This document shows, in pieces, positions 30,925-33,691 of a stretch of 33,691 nt of DNA. Numbering within the stretch: the first letter of the stretch is position 1; every line of letters starts with the position of its first letter. Below the pieces are notes generated by a model. The model saw only the letters and a list, made by a program, of their open reading frames with translations, searched no databases and had not been told where the DNA came from. The position numbers and the translations under genes are program-made. Source of the stretch: an uncultured Planctomycetales bacterium (GTDB lineage Bacteria; Omnitrophota; Gorgyraeia; Gygaellales; Profunditerraquicolaceae); NCBI GenBank assembly GCA_964359035.1, contig CAYHRM010000002.1:1-33691 (forward strand), read 5' to 3'.

Positions 30925-32934
30925 ATGGAAAAAAATAATTTGATTGATGAATTTTATTCATTGGTGCAGGTTGATGACCTTGATGGCCATTACGCTAAGG
31001 ATATAAAAGAGAGTAATTATTTTGGCATGCCTTTAGAGGCGATTGTTAAGGCGGAAAAAAGATTACGTTTAAGAAGCGAGCGTTGTATTGCCTATTTTTC
31101 GATGGAGTATGGCTTGGCGACTAGCTGTTATAATAAATTATCTAGTCAATTACCGCTTAATCCTTTGAATATGGTTCCTGAAAATGCGGTTTTTTCAAAT
31201 TTTCGCGTGGCGGATTATTTCTTCGCTTTGCATCAGAACAATATTATTGATTTGCCAATTTATAGTGGAGGTTTAGGTGTTTTGGCTGGGGATACGGTTA
31301 AGACCATGGCGGACTATAAACTTCCGGTGGCGGCTATTGGAATACTTTGGAGCTCAGGTTACTTTAGGCAGAAATTTTGGTTTAAATATGGCCAGGCTCC
31401 TGAAAAAATGCATTGGGATCCGTATACTTACCCAGGGCTGATCCCTTTAAAAAATAGAATTAAGGTTTCTCTTAAATCTGAAGATGTCTATCTTCGGTTG
31501 TGGAAATATTATGTTTATAGCCAGGCGCTTGATGCTGTTGTGCCTTTGATATTATTAGATTCTAATGTTGAGTCAAATAGCCAGCGTGCCAAGAATTTAA
31601 CTGATCAACTTTATCGTAGCGATAATGTATTCTTAAAATTATTGCAGAGGGTAATGCTGGGTTTCGGAGGGGTAAGCGCTTTAAATGATTTAGGTTATAA
31701 TATTGATATTTATCATCTTAATGAGGGGCATGCCGTTTTTGCTTTTGTGGCTAAGGCCAGGGGGCTGAGTAAAGATGAGTTGGAGAATTTAAAAAGTAAA
31801 TTTGTTTATACCTGTCATACCCCGGTAGAGGCTGGCCATGACCGGTTCTCTTTTGATGATTTAAATAAGGTGCTTAAGAAAGAGGATACGGAGATTATTG
31901 AAAAATTTGGAAAAGAGCGTTCGGGAATGGCTAATCTTACGTTGCTTTCGATGAATATTTCTTCGGCGATAAATGCGGTTTCTCACAATCATCAGAAAGT
32001 AATGCATATTCAATTCCCTAATTATAAAGATCAAATACAATATGTTACTAATGGTGTGCACGCGTATACTTGGATGTCGCAGGAATTCCAAAAACTTTTT
32101 AATAATTTTCCGGCAATTTTTCCTGATTTTAAGATTAATCCGATGATTTTATCTAAGGCCGGCCAGCTTAAGGCGAACGCTGATTTTCGTGCGCAGTTAT
32201 GGCAGGCGCATCAATTAAATAAAACAGATTTGTGTAAATTCTTAGAGAAATGGAAGCTGGATAAAAATATTTTTACCATTTGCTGGGCCAGGAGAATGGC
32301 AGCGTATAAACGGCCAAGCCTTATTTTGTATGATATTAACAGGTTAATACGCATTTCCGATAAAATTGGACCTTTACAAATTATTTTAGCCGGTAAGGCG
32401 CATCCAAATGATAATTTAGGGTTTACTTATATTAATGAGATGTTAGATAAAGTGGATAAATTAAATGTAGATTATGATAAATTGAAAATTATTGTGTTGG
32501 AGAATTACGATATTTCTTTAGGCAAAAAGCTTACTTCTGGCGTTGATGTTTGGCTAAATAATCCCTTGCCACCTTTTGAGGCTTCTGGCACTAGCGGGAT
32601 GAAAGCGATCTTAAATGGAGTTTTACAGATGAGTACAGTTGATGGCTGGGTAGCCGAGGCTACGGATAGAAAGATCGGGGCATTTTTTGGCTATCAAAAT
32701 AGCGAAGGTAGCGTAGGCAATGAATCTGATTTGCATATGGGTGAGGATTCCGAAGAGCTGTATTCTTCCTTAGAAAATATGGTTAGTTTGTATTATAAAA
32801 CTAATAACCAGGGAAAAGTTAATATTAGCTCTAATTGGATAGATATGATGATTGAGTGTGTTTGCGTTGCTGGCTATTTTAATACTTATCGGATGCTTGA
32901 TCAATATCAACAGCAAATCTGGAAGCTTGCCTAA
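30925..32934 (+). CDS. glgP: Alpha-glucan (glycogen/maltodextrin) phosphorylase, GT35 short 'alpha-glucan family' type
   Basis: PLP-lysine motif EASGTSGMKA, plus YSGGLGVLAGD, HLNEGHA and TCHTPVEAGHD motifs. 669 aa. Confidence 0.9.
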   Translation: MEKNNLIDEFYSLVQVDDLDGHYAKDIKESNYFGMPLEAIVKAEKRLRLRSERCIAYFSMEYGLATSCYNKLSSQLPLNPLNMVPENAVFSNFRVADYFFALHQNNIIDLPIYSGGLGVLAGDTVKTMADYKLPVAAIGILWSSGYFRQKFWFKYGQAPEKMHWDPYTYPGLIPLKNRIKVSLKSEDVYLRLWKYYVYSQALDAVVPLILLDSNVESNSQRAKNLTDQLYRSDNVFLKLLQRVMLGFGGVSALNDLGYNIDIYHLNEGHAVFAFVAKARGLSKDELENLKSKFVYTCHTPVEAGHDRFSFDDLNKVLKKEDTEIIEKFGKERSGMANLTLLSMNISSAINAVSHNHQKVMHIQFPNYKDQIQYVTNGVHAYTWMSQEFQKLFNNFPAIFPDFKINPMILSKAGQLKANADFRAQLWQAHQLNKTDLCKFLEKWKLDKNIFTICWARRMAAYKRPSLILYDINRLIRISDKIGPLQIILAGKAHPNDNLGFTYINEMLDKVDKLNVDYDKLKIIVLENYDISLGKKLTSGVDVWLNNPLPPFEASGTSGMKAILNGVLQMSTVDGWVAEATDRKIGAFFGYQNSEGSVGNESDLHMGEDSEELYSSLENMVSLYYKTNNQGKVNISSNWIDMMIECVCVAGYFNTYRMLDQYQQQIWKLA

Positions 32935-32982
32935 AAAACCAGGTAGATTTATCTTTTAAATGTGGTAAGATAATAAAAATTT

Positions 32983-33056
32983 GCGCCCATAGCTCAACTG
33001 GATAGAGCACTAGCCTACGGAGCTGGTTGTTGCTGGTTCGACCCCAGCTGGGCGCA
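32983..33056 (+). tRNA. tRNA-Arg (anticodon ACG)
   Basis: 74-nt cloverleaf folded by hand: acceptor GCGCCCA/TGGGCGC, D stem GCTC/GAGC, anticodon stem CTAGC/GCTGG with loop CTACGGA, T arm GCTGG-TTCGACC-CCAGC, discriminator A. CCA is not encoded. Confidence 0.9.
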
Positions 33057-33081
33057 TATTTTAGTTTGTAGATACTAAAAA

Positions 33082-33546
33082 ATGCTAAAAGTTGAACAAT
33101 ATTATATGCAAGAGGCCTTGAAAGAGGCTCAACAGGCTTTTTGTGAAGAGGAAGTACCGGTGGGGGCAGTAATTGTTCATCAGGGTAAGATTATTGCCCG
33201 CGGACATAATCAGGTTGAACGTTTAAAAGACCCCACTGCTCATGCCGAAATAATTGCCATTACCAGCGCTGCAAATTATTTGGGGACAAAGTGGTTGAAC
33301 CAGGCGAGCCTCTATGTTACAATTGAACCGTGTAGTATGTGTGCTGGGGCATTGGTTTTGGCGCGGATAGAAAATTTATTTTTTGGTGCTAGTGACCCTA
33401 AAACGGGTGCCTGTGGTTCGATAGTAAATATTGCTAATCATAAGAAATTAAATCATCATATAAAGGTTACTGAAGGAATTCTTGAGGTAGAGTGTAGTTC
33501 TTTACTAAAAGATTTCTTTAAGAAAAGAAGAAAAGAATCTAAATAG
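33082..33546 (+). CDS. tadA: tRNA-specific adenosine deaminase TadA
   Basis: CDA zinc motifs HAEIIAI and PCSMCAGAL. About 150 aa. N-terminal MQEALKEA, which is typical of TadA. Confidence 0.92.
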   Translation: MLKVEQYYMQEALKEAQQAFCEEEVPVGAVIVHQGKIIARGHNQVERLKDPTAHAEIIAITSAANYLGTKWLNQASLYVTIEPCSMCAGALVLARIENLFFGASDPKTGACGSIVNIANHKKLNHHIKVTEGILEVECSSLLKDFFKKRRKESK

Positions 33547-33610
33547 GTTCTCCTTCGTTTGTTTTTAGTGGAGTGGGGGTCGATTATATAGTTTAATAGA
33601 TGGAAATTGA

Positions 33611-33691
33611 GGAGAGATGGCTTAGCGGCCGAAAGCAACTCACTGCTAATGAGTTGACCTGAGTAATCGGGTCCCTGGGTTCGAATCCCAG
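33611..33691 (+). tRNA. tRNA-Ser (anticodon GCT), 3' end truncated by the window edge
   Basis: Acceptor 5' strand GGAGAGA, D stem GCTT/AAGC, anticodon stem ACTCA/TGAGT with loop CTGCTAA, long variable arm GACCTGA-gtaa-TCGGGTC, T arm CTGGG-TTCGAAT-CCCAG. The window ends before the 3' acceptor strand. Confidence 0.85.

Overview
The window is visibly AT-rich bacterial DNA. It carries about 40 credible genes and two tRNAs, and every one of them is on the + strand. I saw no rRNA, CRISPR array, transposase or integrase. The gene content suggests an uncultivated lineage, but that is only a guess.

Gene order, left to right:
- feoAB iron uptake (165-2122).
- A stand-alone cysteine-rich 'two-CW' protein, then a secreted START-like protein.
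- A PilZ receptor and a coiled-coil/PAS protein.
- Two tandem paralogous GT-C (TMTC-like) membrane glycosyltransferase/TPR genes. The second carries a near-perfect 306-bp internal tandem duplication.
- A small membrane protein and a CPBP (CAAX-type) intramembrane protease.
- An orphan histidine kinase and a MacB/Lol-type ABC exporter.
- A tightly coupled four-gene cassette at 14490-18877: squalene/phytoene-synthase-like, radical SAM, radical SAM/SPASM, then a second squalene/phytoene-synthase-like paralog. A second PilZ protein follows.
- A decayed MarR-TolC-RND efflux operon with an in-frame TGA, an in-frame TAG, and deletion of the adaptor gene and the 5' part of the pump gene.
- A zinc-ribbon protein and two paralogous pseudopilin cassettes. 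Each cassette is preceded by an ~80-nt upstream element that looks better conserved than the genes it precedes.
- Two long perfect palindromes (21-bp and 25-bp arms).
- A stand-alone RnfD-like membrane protein next to a secreted superoxide-reductase-like protein.
- An RRM RNA-binding protein with a 10-residue-periodic Trp repeat tail, then an Smr-like protein and an alpha-glucan phosphorylase.
- tRNA-Arg(ACG) immediately upstream of tadA, then a truncated tRNA-Ser(GCT) at the window edge.

The best candidate for an undescribed system is the cassette at 14490-18877. It has no visible precursor peptide. I interpret it as an isoprenoid-lipid building or tailoring module coupled to the upstream ABC exporter; that interpretation is inference.

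All functional calls rest on motifs read by eye from the translations. No database search was possible.
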